Shown one piece after another: positions 51,257 through 61,172 of a DNA stretch of 64,000 bases; the first letter of the stretch is position 1; each line of letters begins with the position of its first letter. The DNA is from an uncultured Methylomirabilota bacterium (GTDB lineage: Bacteria; Methylomirabilota; Methylomirabilia; Methylomirabilales; 2-02-FULL-66-22). The stretch covers positions 864,001 through 928,000 of the forward strand of contig CAWJSJ010000001.1 in NCBI GenBank assembly GCA_963845565.1. The letters are read 5' to 3'. Below the pieces are notes generated by a model, which was not told the DNA's origin, made no database searches, and saw only the letters and a program-made list of their open reading frames with translations. The translations under genes and the position numbers were made by a program.

Positions 51257-51712
51257 CTACCAGCCGATCATGCCTTTCGGTAACGGGATACTGAGCCACT
51301 GACCGAAGAGGTAATGGATACCGACGGCCGTCGCGAGCACGGTCACCCCACAGGAAACCCAGCTGTGTTTTCCCATGAGACGCATGCCGCCCGCCGTGAT
51401 GAGGGCAAGACCGGCGGAAAAGCCGAGGACCGGCAGGCTGAGAAACACGGCTACGACTAGGATGAGCACCCTGAGGCACTTCGCGGTTTCCGGTCGGAAT
51501 AACCTCTCCGATCTCTCCGTGGTTCTGAGGTCCGTGATAATGACGGGAACCGAGCAGGCCATCAGGGTGATGCCCAGCCAGAGGGGCACAAAGCCAGGCC
51601 CCGGGCCGAAGTCGCCGGTGTAGGGCAACGTCAGCCAGGCCACAACGGTGGTGGTGACTCCCAAGAGGAAAACCACCACACCCGCGATGATGTTCGCATA
51701 CCACATCGTCAT
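51257..51712 (-). CDS. tctB: Tripartite tricarboxylate transporter small subunit
   Basis: GPGPGFVP, four TMs, LSIPLPKG. Confidence 0.88.
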   Translation of the reverse strand: MTMWYANIIAGVVVFLLGVTTTVVAWLTLPYTGDFGPGPGFVPLWLGITLMACSVPVIITDLRTTERSERLFRPETAKCLRVLILVVAVFLSLPVLGFSAGLALITAGGMRLMGKHSWVSCGVTVLATAVGIHYLFGQWLSIPLPKGMIGW

Positions 51713-51735
51713 TCCCCGGCCGTAAACATTCACCG

Positions 51736-51845
51736 GTCAGCCATCAGCGATCAGCCAATGACGCTCAACGCGCAAGAGGTGCCCATGGCGGCTCTGAGCG
51801 TCTTCCCGGTTCCTCTGGCGGAAAGCTGACCGCTGATGCCTGAAC
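51736..51845. repeat. Inverted heptamer arrays between tctC and tctB
   Basis: GTCAGCC ATCAGCG ATCAGCC ... GCTGACC GCTGATG CCTGAAC. Confidence 0.6.
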
Positions 51846-51858
51846 GGTGTCCCCGCGG

Positions 51859-52845
51859 CTACTTGATCAAACCGAGGCTCTTCAGCGTCTCCTCGAAGAC
51901 CGCCTCGCTGTCGGTAATAGTCTTGGTGAACTCCCTGCTGCCCTGCCATCCGGGGCTCAGGATGTACTTGGCCAGATAGTTCTCCTTCCATGCTTTGGTG
52001 TCGTTCAGTTTCTTCATCATGCTCTCGTAGTAGGCGACCACTTCTGGGGAGAGACCCGGAGGGGCGACGACCCCGCGGTAAAACTTGAAAACGACATCCA
52101 AGCCGTTTTCCCGGAAGGTGGGAACGTCCTTGAACTGCGGGACGCGGTTCTCCTGGGCGACAACGAGCGGAACGACCATCTTGGCCTCATGCTGGGACAC
52201 GTATTCAGGGGGATTCGCCCAGATCATGTCCACATGGCCGCCCAGCAGGGCCGTCATGGCCTCTCCGCCACTGTTGAATTGGGCAAAACGCATCTTGATC
52301 CCCGCGGCTTTTTCAAACAAACGGTTACAGACTCGGTCCGCCTGATCCGCGCCGGCGATTGAGAGGGAGTTTTCCTTCTTCTTGGCTTCGGCCACAATGT
52401 CCTGTATGGATTTGAAGCGGGAATCGCTTTTCACGACAATCAGTTGTTCGTCGAGGGCGAGTTGGGCGATCATCGTCAGGTCCCGAATGGACGCGGCACC
52501 CTTCCCGGCGACCAGCAAGCCGGCCACCGAAGCGGGATTGAAGACCAGGAGCGTGTGGGTGTCCCCCTTCATCTTGGCCACCTGCGTGGTGCCGATGGCG
52601 CTGCCGCCGCCGGGAATGTTCTGGACGATCATCGGCTGCGGGGAAAGCTTCTCACTCGCGACGATCTGCGCGATTACTCTGGCGAGGACGTCGCTACCTC
52701 CGCCCGGAGCGGCGGCGGCGATCATTTGAATCGGTTTGGTCGGCATGAACTCGCCGGCCTGCACCTGAACGGCAAGGCACAGAACTGCCAAGCATACCAA
52801 TACCGTCACGCGTACCACTTTGTGACTGCACAATATTCTCTTCAT
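51859..52845 (-). CDS. tctC: Tripartite tricarboxylate transporter substrate-binding protein
   Basis: Signal peptide, PGGGSDVLAR, NIPGGGSAIG, ALLGGHVD, VPTFRE. Confidence 0.92.
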   Translation of the reverse strand: MKRILCSHKVVRVTVLVCLAVLCLAVQVQAGEFMPTKPIQMIAAAAPGGGSDVLARVIAQIVASEKLSPQPMIVQNIPGGGSAIGTTQVAKMKGDTHTLLVFNPASVAGLLVAGKGAASIRDLTMIAQLALDEQLIVVKSDSRFKSIQDIVAEAKKKENSLSIAGADQADRVCNRLFEKAAGIKMRFAQFNSGGEAMTALLGGHVDMIWANPPEYVSQHEAKMVVPLVVAQENRVPQFKDVPTFRENGLDVVFKFYRGVVAPPGLSPEVVAYYESMMKKLNDTKAWKENYLAKYILSPGWQGSREFTKTITDSEAVFEETLKSLGLIK

Positions 52846-52901
52846 CTCGACTGTCCTTTCTTTCTCTACTGCTGCGCCTCTGAAAGTAGCACGAAAGAGC
52901 T

Positions 52902-53762
52902 TTAGACCCCCTCAAGGTAGTTAGAAGCGATCCTGCGCAGGTACTCCACGCTCCGATCGAGGATGTTGTCCACGCTCCGTAGGCTCAGCTTTTCAGGGGA
53001 GTTGAGTTCGACGACACCAACCGGTTCGAAACCACGCTCGCGGGCTGTCTGGTCGATCCCTGCATCTCGCAGCTCTTGAAGACATTCTGCTATCGGAGCG
53101 ATCCCCGTCCCCAGGGTTTCATTCGTGTCTGCGGTGCCGTCATTATCCGTGATGTGGGCGTGAACCACGTTTCCGGCCAGCTTTCTGATCTCGGTTGTCG
53201 ACTCCCGGATCACACTGAAGTGTCCGATATCCACCGTGGCCTGCAGAAAAGGTGAGGAAAGCTCCCGGAGGAGCCGCGCCGTTTCATCCGTGCTGTTGAT
53301 CATGCGAAAAATGCGGGGATTGTTTTCAAAGGTCAGGACGATCCGTTCCCGCTCCGCTCGGCGCAGGATCTGCTCGGCAGATGATCGCATGTTTTCCCAG
53401 GCCTTCGCGGGAGGTGTTCCCGGTTCCTTTTCGCCGGGAAAGAAGAGCACCATGGGAAATCCCAGTTGCGAGGCAGCCTCAATCGCTTTGCTCACCAATT
53501 GCACAGCCCTGTCGCGCAACTCGATATCGGAGCTCGCGCCATTTCCTCCGACGTTCGCGATGAAACAGGAGGGAACCATCTCCAAACGGTTCATCGTCCG
53601 TCGCAGGCCGTCCATGACCTCATTCGACAGATACCGTAGCTGCAGATCTCCGATGGTCATCAGGTCCACATGCTTCAAGCCGCGTTTCGCAAACCGCTCG
53701 AGGTACTCCGCGGTTGCCACATTGATGAACTGGTACATCGTGCTCATGACTCCAAGTTTCAT
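52902..53762 (-). CDS. Sugar phosphate isomerase/epimerase (xylose-isomerase-like TIM barrel)
   Basis: LTFENN, VDIGH, HAHITDNDG, LGTG, VVE. Confidence 0.85.
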   Translation of the reverse strand: MKLGVMSTMYQFINVATAEYLERFAKRGLKHVDLMTIGDLQLRYLSNEVMDGLRRTMNRLEMVPSCFIANVGGNGASSDIELRDRAVQLVSKAIEAASQLGFPMVLFFPGEKEPGTPPAKAWENMRSSAEQILRRAERERIVLTFENNPRIFRMINSTDETARLLRELSSPFLQATVDIGHFSVIRESTTEIRKLAGNVVHAHITDNDGTADTNETLGTGIAPIAECLQELRDAGIDQTARERGFEPVGVVELNSPEKLSLRSVDNILDRSVEYLRRIASNYLEGV

Positions 53763-53925
53763 CTCGGATCCGTCCTTGTGGAAAGGTGTGTCGATTCTCC
53801 TGCCGTGGCGCTTCTCGGCGGGAGGCATGACGTCGCTCGCGGCTGGGTGCAACGCGCGACACGGAGGCAACGGGTCATACCGGAGACACCTCGAAAGCGG
53901 CGAGGCCCTTACCGGCATCTGGCGG

Positions 53926-53955
53926 AGACTACCGCGTACGTGACTGACGCGTCAA
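53926..53955 (-). promoter_or_regulatory. Possible sigma70 promoter for isomerase-tctCBA
   Basis: TTGACG-N18-TAGTCT. Confidence 0.4.
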
Positions 53956-54175
53956 GCCGCGAGTGCGCTCGCCTGCGAGGGTCCGGCGGCGGAGGAACCG
54001 TGCGTACCGGATAACATCGCCGCAGGACGTCGATGTCGCTCAATACGCGCCGGGACGGCTCCCCGGTCCGGAAGACAGACAAACCCGTCCTCGGACGCGA
54101 CAGCCGTCAGCGGATTCGATACACTATGGGTTCGGAAAACGCCGCACGGCCAACCGGCCGGAAAGGAGAGCACCC

Positions 54176-54988
54176 ATGGCACAGAACGGACACGTGCTGG
54201 GACTGGTGGGGAGCCCCAATCGCGACGGGCGGACCTATCAGGTGGTGACGGCGGCACTGGAGGGTGCGGCGCGCGCCGGGGCGCAGGTCGAGCTGGTCCA
54301 GATGGCCGACCACGTGGTGGAGGCCTGCAAAGACTGTTTACCGTGGGAATGCAAGGCGACGCTGAAATGCGCTTTCCCTGACCCGGGTTTCGAGTATCTC
54401 GGCGAGAAGCTTCTCCATTGCGGCGCAGTGGTGCTGGGCACGCCGATCTATTGGTGGGACACCACCGCCATGGTCCGCTGTCTCGTCCTCAAGATGTTCC
54501 GCGTCTATGCGCGCTCGGCCCCGCTTGCCGGCCTCCCCGCCGTCGGCATCGGCATCGCCGGCGGGACCGGCAACGGCCTGGTGTCCGGCCTCCGGCCGGT
54601 CTATCATTTCTTCCAGATGCTCCAGATGCGAGCATTGGAGCCGCTGCCCGTGACGCGGTTCAACTGGAACGCCGCGCGCACCCGGGCCGGCACGCTCGGT
54701 GCGCAGCTCGCCGCGATGGCGGGAAAGCGCCATCCGTTTGCCGGCGTCGAAGACCGCCTGCTCTGGTATGACAGCCTCCCCTACCTGGGACTCACCCGGG
54801 TTGCGGAGCGGCGGCTGCTCGCCTCTCTGACGACCGCGGCATTGCCCCACGACGCGGACCCCGCCATCCTCCGCCGCCTGGTCGAGGCGGATGCGCTCGC
54901 GGCGCGGGGCGACCAGTTGCTGGCGCTCCAGGAAATCACCCGCGCGTACGATGCCGGGGTGAAGGTGTTCGAAGCCAACCAAGGGTGA
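54176..54988 (+). CDS. Flavodoxin-fold / iron-sulfur flavoprotein family protein
   Basis: LGLVGSPNRDGRT, CKDCLPWECKATLKC, LGTPIYWW. Confidence 0.82.
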   Translation: MAQNGHVLGLVGSPNRDGRTYQVVTAALEGAARAGAQVELVQMADHVVEACKDCLPWECKATLKCAFPDPGFEYLGEKLLHCGAVVLGTPIYWWDTTAMVRCLVLKMFRVYARSAPLAGLPAVGIGIAGGTGNGLVSGLRPVYHFFQMLQMRALEPLPVTRFNWNAARTRAGTLGAQLAAMAGKRHPFAGVEDRLLWYDSLPYLGLTRVAERRLLASLTTAALPHDADPAILRRLVEADALAARGDQLLALQEITRAYDAGVKVFEANQG

Positions 54989-55010
54989 GCGCAGGGGGCG
55001 GCCGCTCCAC

Positions 55011-55116
55011 GTAGGAGCCGTTACGAAATAACCTATACATCTCTTTCTATTTCGTTACGGCTCCTTATGCCGTTTCGGAATGTCTCCGGTCAACTGAATC
55101 TTTGACAACGGCTTAC
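55011..55116 (+). mobile_element. ~106-bp two-hairpin MITE/REP-like element
   Basis: Near-identical to 59221-59326; lies between convergent genes and overlaps the MFS stop codon. Confidence 0.8.
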
Positions 55117-56312
55117 GCGCCGCGATCGGAGGGCGTCGCCAGGTAGAACGCAAGGAGGCCGGCCAGTCCCGGCAGGAACACCAGGATCCAGATGCTCCGG
55201 GTGAGCCCGATCAGATCCGCCAAGAAACCCGAGAGTGCCACGCCGAGGCCCCCCGTCCCGAAGGCAAGCCCCAGCGCCAGACCCGACGCCAGACCCAGGT
55301 GCCTGGGCAGGAGCTCCTGGGCATACACCACGGTCACGGAGAAGGAGGCCATCAGCAGCATCCCGGCGCCGGCCAGGGCGCCCCAGCGCAGCGGGCCCTG
55401 GACCAGCAACGCCAGCGCCATCAGGCCGGGAAAGACGACCAGCGAGAGCGCCACCACCGGCTGGCGCCCCACGCGATCCGAGAGGATCCCGCCCACCAAG
55501 CCTCCCACCGCTCCGGCGAACAGAAACACGAAGAGCGCTTGCCCTGCCTCCTCCGCCGATCCCCCTTGAGCATGCAGCCAGAGCGGGATGAACACGATGA
55601 GGCCGGCGTATCCCCACGACCGGAAGGTGATGAGCGCACAGAGGAGGCTCAGCCGGCGCCACGGGACGGGGTGGCTGGAGGCCCCCGCGGGCTCCCCGCC
55701 CCTGATCCCGCCGGCGATAGCCGGCCGGGACACGGCGTAGGCCGCCGCCATCAAGCACCCCGGCACGATCAGGACCAGCATCGCCGGCAGGTCGCCCCAG
55801 CGCAGCAGCCAGGCCGCGAGCACCGGCCCGACCGCGAAACCGACGTTTCCCCCCGTAGAGAAGAGCGACATCCCGAAGCCACGCCGGATGCCCGACGCTT
55901 GCGCCACCGCGATCGAGGCAATCGGGTGGAATGCGGCGCTTCCGAGCCCGGCCAGCAGGACGATGCCAAGGAGCATCCCGTAGTTCGACGCCAATCCCAC
56001 ACACCCCATAAAGACGCCGGTCCAGGCGATGCCCACCGGGATGAGCCAGGCGGTGCGCCAACGGTCCGCCATCCACCCCAGGACCGGCTGGATGACCGAC
56101 GAGGAAACATTCATGAGGGCCGCCACCAACCCGACCTGCCCATAGGAGAGGTGGAACCGGTCCGCAATCAGGGGAAGGACCACCGGAAGGATGTTCACCG
56201 AGGCGTCCACCACCGTGTGGCTCAGGACCGCTAGCGTCAGGACCGGTTTACGCACCGTGTTCCGTTTCCGAGATCGCCGGTCCCCGCCTAGCGGACCGAC
56301 CGTCGCCGTCAT
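55113..56312 (-). CDS. MFS transporter (Fsr-like)
   Basis: SHTVVD, QPVLGWMADR, GSAAFHP, GGILSDRVGR, YAQELLP. Confidence 0.9.
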   Translation of the reverse strand: MTATVGPLGGDRRSRKRNTVRKPVLTLAVLSHTVVDASVNILPVVLPLIADRFHLSYGQVGLVAALMNVSSSVIQPVLGWMADRWRTAWLIPVGIAWTGVFMGCVGLASNYGMLLGIVLLAGLGSAAFHPIASIAVAQASGIRRGFGMSLFSTGGNVGFAVGPVLAAWLLRWGDLPAMLVLIVPGCLMAAAYAVSRPAIAGGIRGGEPAGASSHPVPWRRLSLLCALITFRSWGYAGLIVFIPLWLHAQGGSAEEAGQALFVFLFAGAVGGLVGGILSDRVGRQPVVALSLVVFPGLMALALLVQGPLRWGALAGAGMLLMASFSVTVVYAQELLPRHLGLASGLALGLAFGTGGLGVALSGFLADLIGLTRSIWILVFLPGLAGLLAFYLATPSDRGA

Positions 56313-56494
56313 GACGACTCGCCCAGCGCCAGTCTACATTGCCATCGCCGGGATCACAACGGATCCCGCGCGCGAACCTCATGGCCGCCTGGAGTTTCCG
56401 TTGAGCCAACCGGGGTTGACAACCCGCCGCACGCCGGATGCGCCCGCGCCGCGCGGCATCCATCCTGACGGCCCGAGGACGCTGGGGTTCTCAA

Positions 56495-57433
56495 TCAGTC
56501 GGGGGGCACCGCGCCGGTCTGCTGGGTGATGAGACCGTAGTGCTCGATCCGGCGGTGCGCGGTGAAATTGAAGACCGTCTCCCTGAGGCGCTTCCCCAGA
56601 TCCAGATCGCACTCCGCCACGATCAGCTCGTCCCCATCCGTGCAGGCCCGCGCGACCATCTCGCCCGTGGGGGCGATGATGCAGGAGCCGCCGATCTGGT
56701 ACACCCCCTCCTCCAGCCCCGCCTTGGCGACACCCACGACCCAGGTGGCGTTCTGGTAGGCGCCTGCCTGCATCGAGAGCCAGTTGTGGAACATGGGGAG
56801 GTGGGCCGGCTCGACGGGCCCCGAGACGCCCTCCAGAGGAGTGTTGTATCCCAGGAGGACCATCTCCACCCCCTGAAGCCCCAGGACGCGGTAGCTTTCC
56901 GGCCACCGACGGTCGTAGCAGATGCACATTCCGAGGACTCCCCCGAAGGCGCGCCAGACCGGGAAGCCCAAATCGCCCACGTCGAAATAATACTTCTCCA
57001 GGTTCTGATACTTCTGGCCGGGGCGATAGTCCGCATGACCGGGGAGGTGGATCTTCCGGTACTTCCCGATGATCTCCCCTCGCTCGCTCACCAAGATGGA
57101 GCTGTTGAAGCGCCGGAGCCGTCCATCCGTCTCTGTCAGTTCGCAGTATCCGAGGCAAAACCCCATCGCGAGGCGCCGAGCCTCCTCGAACAGGGGCCGG
57201 GTGTCCGGTCCCGGCATTTCGCGCTCGCAGAAGGCGTTGATCTCCGCGGCGTCGTCCATGTACCAGTGCGGGAAGAATGGCGTGAGCGCGGCCTCGGGAA
57301 AGACCACCAGTCGACAACCCCGGGCGTGCGCCTGCCGCAGAAGACCGATCAAGCGCTCGACTACCTGTCGGCGGCTGTCCGTACGCGGCACCGGGCCGAG
57401 CTGCGCCGCTCCGACCGTGAGGATTCTCGCCAT
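56495..57433 (-). CDS. N-carbamoyl-D-amino acid hydrolase (nitrilase superfamily)
   Basis: AAQLGP, VFPEAALTPFFP, KYRKIHLPGH, LEKYYF, CICYDRRWPE, GYNTP. Confidence 0.9.
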   Translation of the reverse strand: MARILTVGAAQLGPVPRTDSRRQVVERLIGLLRQAHARGCRLVVFPEAALTPFFPHWYMDDAAEINAFCEREMPGPDTRPLFEEARRLAMGFCLGYCELTETDGRLRRFNSSILVSERGEIIGKYRKIHLPGHADYRPGQKYQNLEKYYFDVGDLGFPVWRAFGGVLGMCICYDRRWPESYRVLGLQGVEMVLLGYNTPLEGVSGPVEPAHLPMFHNWLSMQAGAYQNATWVVGVAKAGLEEGVYQIGGSCIIAPTGEMVARACTDGDELIVAECDLDLGKRLRETVFNFTAHRRIEHYGLITQQTGAVPPD

Positions 57434-57462
57434 ACTGGAACTCCTTGATGTGTGACCGCCGG

Positions 57463-58302
57463 CTACTCCCGGGCCTCCCGCTGGCTTCGCTCCCAGGACT
57501 GCCGAACGAACCGGACCGCCGATTCGAGGCCCACTCGCCCCTGGAATGAGGCCTCCTCGATACACATCCAACCGTCCCACCCCGCCCGGACGAGCCGCCG
57601 GAAGATCGGAGTGAAAGGGGTCACGCCCGTCCCGAGCAGCACCGGCTTCAGTTCGCCCTGCACCGCCGTGTCCGCCGCATGGATGCTGACCACCCGGTCG
57701 AGGCACTGCTCCAGAAGGCCCAGCGGATCGTCGCTGAAGGCGGTCGCATTCGCCGTATCGAAGTTGATACCCAGCCCGACGGGCGCCGTGGCGCGCACGA
57801 TGGCCAGGAAGATATCCGGGGGCTGGGAGAAGTCGGTGTAGGTCCAGGCGCCCGGTTTGCCGTGGTTCTCGTACACCAACCGGACGCCGGAATGCCGCGT
57901 GCGGTCCGCCAGCGCGGTGAGCCCCTCCGTGGCCCACCGTATCCCGGCATCGCGCCCGGTTTCGGGGTGCGCCTGGCCGGCCGTCACCCGGATCAGCTCC
58001 GCCCCCAACCGCGCCGCGACATCCACCATCTCCTCGGCGAGGGCCAGCTCCCGGGCGCGCTGCGCCGCATCCGGATGCGTGAAATCCGGATAGCTGGTCA
58101 CCATGGCGACTCGCATCCCCGCGGCCTCGATGGCGTTTCGCACCCCCGCCACCGCCTCCCGCGACCGGTCGGGCAGGAACAGGGTGCTCAGATCGACGGC
58201 ATCCAATCCGACCCCGTGCGCCATCCGAGCCCAATCCGCGATGCTCATGGTTCCGTCGATGATGTCCCGAAAGAACGAGACCGGTATGCAGCTGACTTTC
58301 AT
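57463..58302 (-). CDS. Xylose-isomerase-like TIM barrel protein
   Basis: YPDFTHPD, RVTAGQ, YENHGK, NFDTAN, IHAAD, CIEE. Confidence 0.85.
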   Translation of the reverse strand: MKVSCIPVSFFRDIIDGTMSIADWARMAHGVGLDAVDLSTLFLPDRSREAVAGVRNAIEAAGMRVAMVTSYPDFTHPDAAQRARELALAEEMVDVAARLGAELIRVTAGQAHPETGRDAGIRWATEGLTALADRTRHSGVRLVYENHGKPGAWTYTDFSQPPDIFLAIVRATAPVGLGINFDTANATAFSDDPLGLLEQCLDRVVSIHAADTAVQGELKPVLLGTGVTPFTPIFRRLVRAGWDGWMCIEEASFQGRVGLESAVRFVRQSWERSQREARE

Positions 58303-58387
58303 ACCTCCTCCTCTCGAAGTACAGGCACCGTTTCGCACTGCGTTGGCGGCGTGTCCGCTCGCACAAGGCGCGGCCAGGTCGGCGCAA

Positions 58388-59173
58388 TTATTTGGGCAGC
58401 GCGTCCCGCAGTGTCTTGCCGTTGGCCGTCCACCATTGGAGCAGGATCCACAAGTCCACGTTCAGGTTGAAGTGCCGGACGCCGAGGTCGAGGTAGTACT
58501 TGGCGTCCTCGGGCGCGGCGATCTCGGCGCGCGCCGGGATGCCCCTGCGGAGGGCGGCCTCGATCACCTTCCGCTCCACGGCCTTGGTCTCGGGATCGAA
58601 CCGGGCCCCCGGTTTGCCGATGCTCACGGTGTAGTCGCCGGGTCCCCACTGAATCATGTCGATCCCCGGAACGGTCAGGATCTCCTCCAGGTGCTCGACC
58701 GCTTCCCGCTTCTCGATCATCAGGATCACCACCACATCGCGAAGGGCCTGGAGGTACTCGGCGCCTCCGACCTGAGACCGGGGGGTGAACCGCCGCGGGG
58801 CCGCGCCGAACAAGCCGCCGTCTTGCGGGGTCTCCGGACGGACGATCCGGACGCAGTGCCGGGCCTCCTCGGCCGACCGGCAGTCGGTGAACATGACGCC
58901 CTGGAAGCCCGCGCCGATGGCCCGCTGCGCCATGTAGTCGCTGCCGGCCTGGTCGATCTTGATGACGGGCGTCACATCGGCAAGCTCGGCCGCGCGGCAC
59001 AGATTGTCCAGATCGTGGAGGTCGGAGGGGGAGTACTCGGCGAGAAACTCGACATAGTCGTACTGTCTCGCCTGGCCCAAGACCTCGATCACCGTGGGCC
59101 AGGGGCTCATCACGCGGGTCCCCAGCGTCGGCTTCCCGGCGCGGAGCAGTTCACGGAACTTGTTGGGTCGCAT
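58388..59173 (-). CDS. HpcH/HpaI-family aldolase (divergent paralog)
   Basis: DYVEFLAEY, LMIEK, QWGPGDY. Confidence 0.85.
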   Translation of the reverse strand: MRPNKFRELLRAGKPTLGTRVMSPWPTVIEVLGQARQYDYVEFLAEYSPSDLHDLDNLCRAAELADVTPVIKIDQAGSDYMAQRAIGAGFQGVMFTDCRSAEEARHCVRIVRPETPQDGGLFGAAPRRFTPRSQVGGAEYLQALRDVVVILMIEKREAVEHLEEILTVPGIDMIQWGPGDYTVSIGKPGARFDPETKAVERKVIEAALRRGIPARAEIAAPEDAKYYLDLGVRHFNLNVDLWILLQWWTANGKTLRDALPK

Positions 59174-59220
59174 GGAGAAGATCTCCTTTCGGGGAACGAT
59201 GAATGGGACGTCGCATTACC

Positions 59221-59326
59221 TTAGGAGCCGTTACGAAATAGCCTATACATCTCTTTCTATTTCGTTACGGCTCCTTATGCCGTTTCGGAATGTCTCCGCT
59301 CAATTTATTCTTTGACAACGGCTTAG
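59221..59326 (+). mobile_element. ~106-bp two-hairpin MITE/REP-like element, bounded by TTAG...TTAG
   Basis: AGGAGCCGT-T-ACGAAATAG / CTATTTCGT-T-ACGGCTCCT stem plus GCCGTT...AACGGC stem. Confidence 0.8.
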
Positions 59327-59342
59327 AGGATAATCGGCCTGG

Positions 59343-59855
59343 CTACGCGGCCGGCTCCGGGTAGACGCGCTCCGGGGGGTACCGCTCCGCGACAAGCTCG
59401 ATCAACTCGAAGACCGTGAGCAGGTCATCCTCGGTGCTCAGGTACGCGAACTTGCCGTCCCCGCGCACGCCGTGCCCCTGGCCGCTCTGGACCACCTCGT
59501 AGCCAGAGCGCTGGGCCTCCTCCACCACACGGTCCAGATTCTCGACGACGATGCCCAGGTGCTGGATGCCCCCCTCGCCATGTTTCTCCAGGAACTCGGA
59601 GTAGATGCTCTCGCCGGAGAGGGGCTGGATGAGTTCGAGGCCGAAGCCGCCGACATTGGCCAGCGCGATCCGAAAGCGCCAGTTTCCCGGCCTGCCTCGG
59701 TAGGTGATGTTCTTGACGAGCGGCGCGCCGTAGGTGTAGACACGCCAGGGTTTGACCCCAACCCGCGCATAGGCCGCCATCGCCTTGTCAATGTCCTTGA
59801 CGACGAAGCAGACCTGGTTGACCGCGGTGATCTGGAACGGCGACGTCGCTGTCAT
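59343..59855 (-). CDS. VOC/glyoxalase family protein (methylmalonyl-CoA-epimerase-like)
   Basis: QVCFVVKDI, LELIQP, SIYSEFLEKHGEGGIQHLG, FELIE. Confidence 0.88.
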   Translation of the reverse strand: MTATSPFQITAVNQVCFVVKDIDKAMAAYARVGVKPWRVYTYGAPLVKNITYRGRPGNWRFRIALANVGGFGLELIQPLSGESIYSEFLEKHGEGGIQHLGIVVENLDRVVEEAQRSGYEVVQSGQGHGVRGDGKFAYLSTEDDLLTVFELIELVAERYPPERVYPEPAA

Positions 59856-59952
59856 TCGTTTCTCCCCTCCGGGTTGCCGGTCGCACTCCCCCGGGATTCC
59901 CGCGACCGCAGATTCGCGTTCTCGATCGCCCCTGATATCCGGTGCCCTATTT

Positions 59953-61020
59953 TTACCGTCCGTAGAAGAGCCGGGGCGGATGGAGCATGTGCCAGACCTC
60001 GTCGCACGCCGCGATCGCATCCGGAGAGAGTTGCACGCCAACCGCGGCCACGTTCCGGTCGATCTGCTCGACGGCGGTGGCGCCGCAGACGATCGCTGTG
60101 ATGCCGGGCTTGTTCAGCACCCAGGCAAGGGAGAACTGATCCAGGCTCGTGCCGTGATCGGCGGCGATCGTCTTGAGCCGTGCCACCGCGGCAAAGTCCA
60201 GGTCCGTCCAGTACTTCTCGTTGTATCGGAACCCCTTGGCACCGAGACCGAACCGCTGCCCCGCCGGCGCCGGCTTCCCGGCCTCATACTTTCCCGACAG
60301 CAAACCGGCCGCCATCGGGCTGAAGGCCGCCACACCGACACCTTCCTCGAGACAGAGCGGCAAGAGCTCGTACTCGATGTCCCGCGCCAGGAGGTTGAAC
60401 GGCGGTTGGACGATATCCCAGCGCGCCACGTTGTGCAGGTCGCTCAGCCAGAGCGCCTTGCTGACCTGGAAGGCCCGGAAGTTGGAGCACCCCAGATACC
60501 GCACCTTCCCCTGCCGGACGAGGTCGTCCATCGCCCGGAGGGTCTCGTCGAGCGGCGTGTCGTAATCCGGCATGTGGGCGTAGTAGATGTCGAGGTAGTC
60601 CGTCCCGAGGCGTTTCAGGCTCCCCTCGACGGCCTGCAGGAGATGTTTCCGGGAGAGCCCCGTGTCGTTGGGACCCACCTGGTCACCCGCGGCCGCGGGC
60701 GGGAACGGCTGTGGGCGGGCCAGGTCGAGCGGTCCGCCGATGGTTTGCGCTCCGTACTTGGCGCCCCAGCGGCGCAGGTGCCCCCCCTTGGAGGCGAGGA
60801 CGAGCGAGTCGCGCTGCCCCTTGATCGCTTTCCCGACGAACTCCTCGGTCACGCCGTTGGCATAGATGTCCGCGACGTCGATGAAGGTGACGCCGCTCTC
60901 GATCGCTCGCTGGATGATCCGCTGGGATGCCCCCTCGTCCACCTGCTTGCCGAACGTCATCGTGCCGAGACAAAACGCCGACACCTTCAGCCCGGTTCGA
61001 CCCACCTTCCGATACTCCAT
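59953..61020 (-). CDS. Aldo/keto reductase (paralog 2)
   Basis: Collinear and highly similar to 47885-48952. Confidence 0.93.
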   Translation of the reverse strand: MEYRKVGRTGLKVSAFCLGTMTFGKQVDEGASQRIIQRAIESGVTFIDVADIYANGVTEEFVGKAIKGQRDSLVLASKGGHLRRWGAKYGAQTIGGPLDLARPQPFPPAAAGDQVGPNDTGLSRKHLLQAVEGSLKRLGTDYLDIYYAHMPDYDTPLDETLRAMDDLVRQGKVRYLGCSNFRAFQVSKALWLSDLHNVARWDIVQPPFNLLARDIEYELLPLCLEEGVGVAAFSPMAAGLLSGKYEAGKPAPAGQRFGLGAKGFRYNEKYWTDLDFAAVARLKTIAADHGTSLDQFSLAWVLNKPGITAIVCGATAVEQIDRNVAAVGVQLSPDAIAACDEVWHMLHPPRLFYGR

Positions 61021-61081
61021 TCGACTCCTCCTCTCCTCGCCCACCATTGTCCGTCGCGCTCGGGAGACAACGCGGCTCTGG

Positions 61082-61110
61082 ACGCTACCAGTCGTGGCGC
61101 GGAAGGTCAA
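61082..61110 (-). promoter_or_regulatory. sigma70 promoter of AKR paralog 2
   Basis: TTGACC-N17-TAGCGT. Confidence 0.65.
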
Positions 61111-61172
61111 GTCGATCCCCCGCCCTCGTTCCCCAAGCGCAGGTTTCCTCGGCGCCTATTGGCGTTCGCAAC

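Noticed and set aside
44683..54988. Selenocysteine recoding in TlpA, MsrB or the flavoprotein
   Set aside because: All catalytic positions are normal Cys codons; no in-frame TGA
56495..58387. 630-aa ORF as a fused carbamoylase
   Set aside because: The N-terminal half overlaps the TIM-barrel gene in another frame; the real start is ATG 57433 with a GGAG RBS
55011..59326. Repeats as a CRISPR array
   Set aside because: Copies are kilobases apart, about 106 bp long, with no repeat-spacer periodicity and no cas genes
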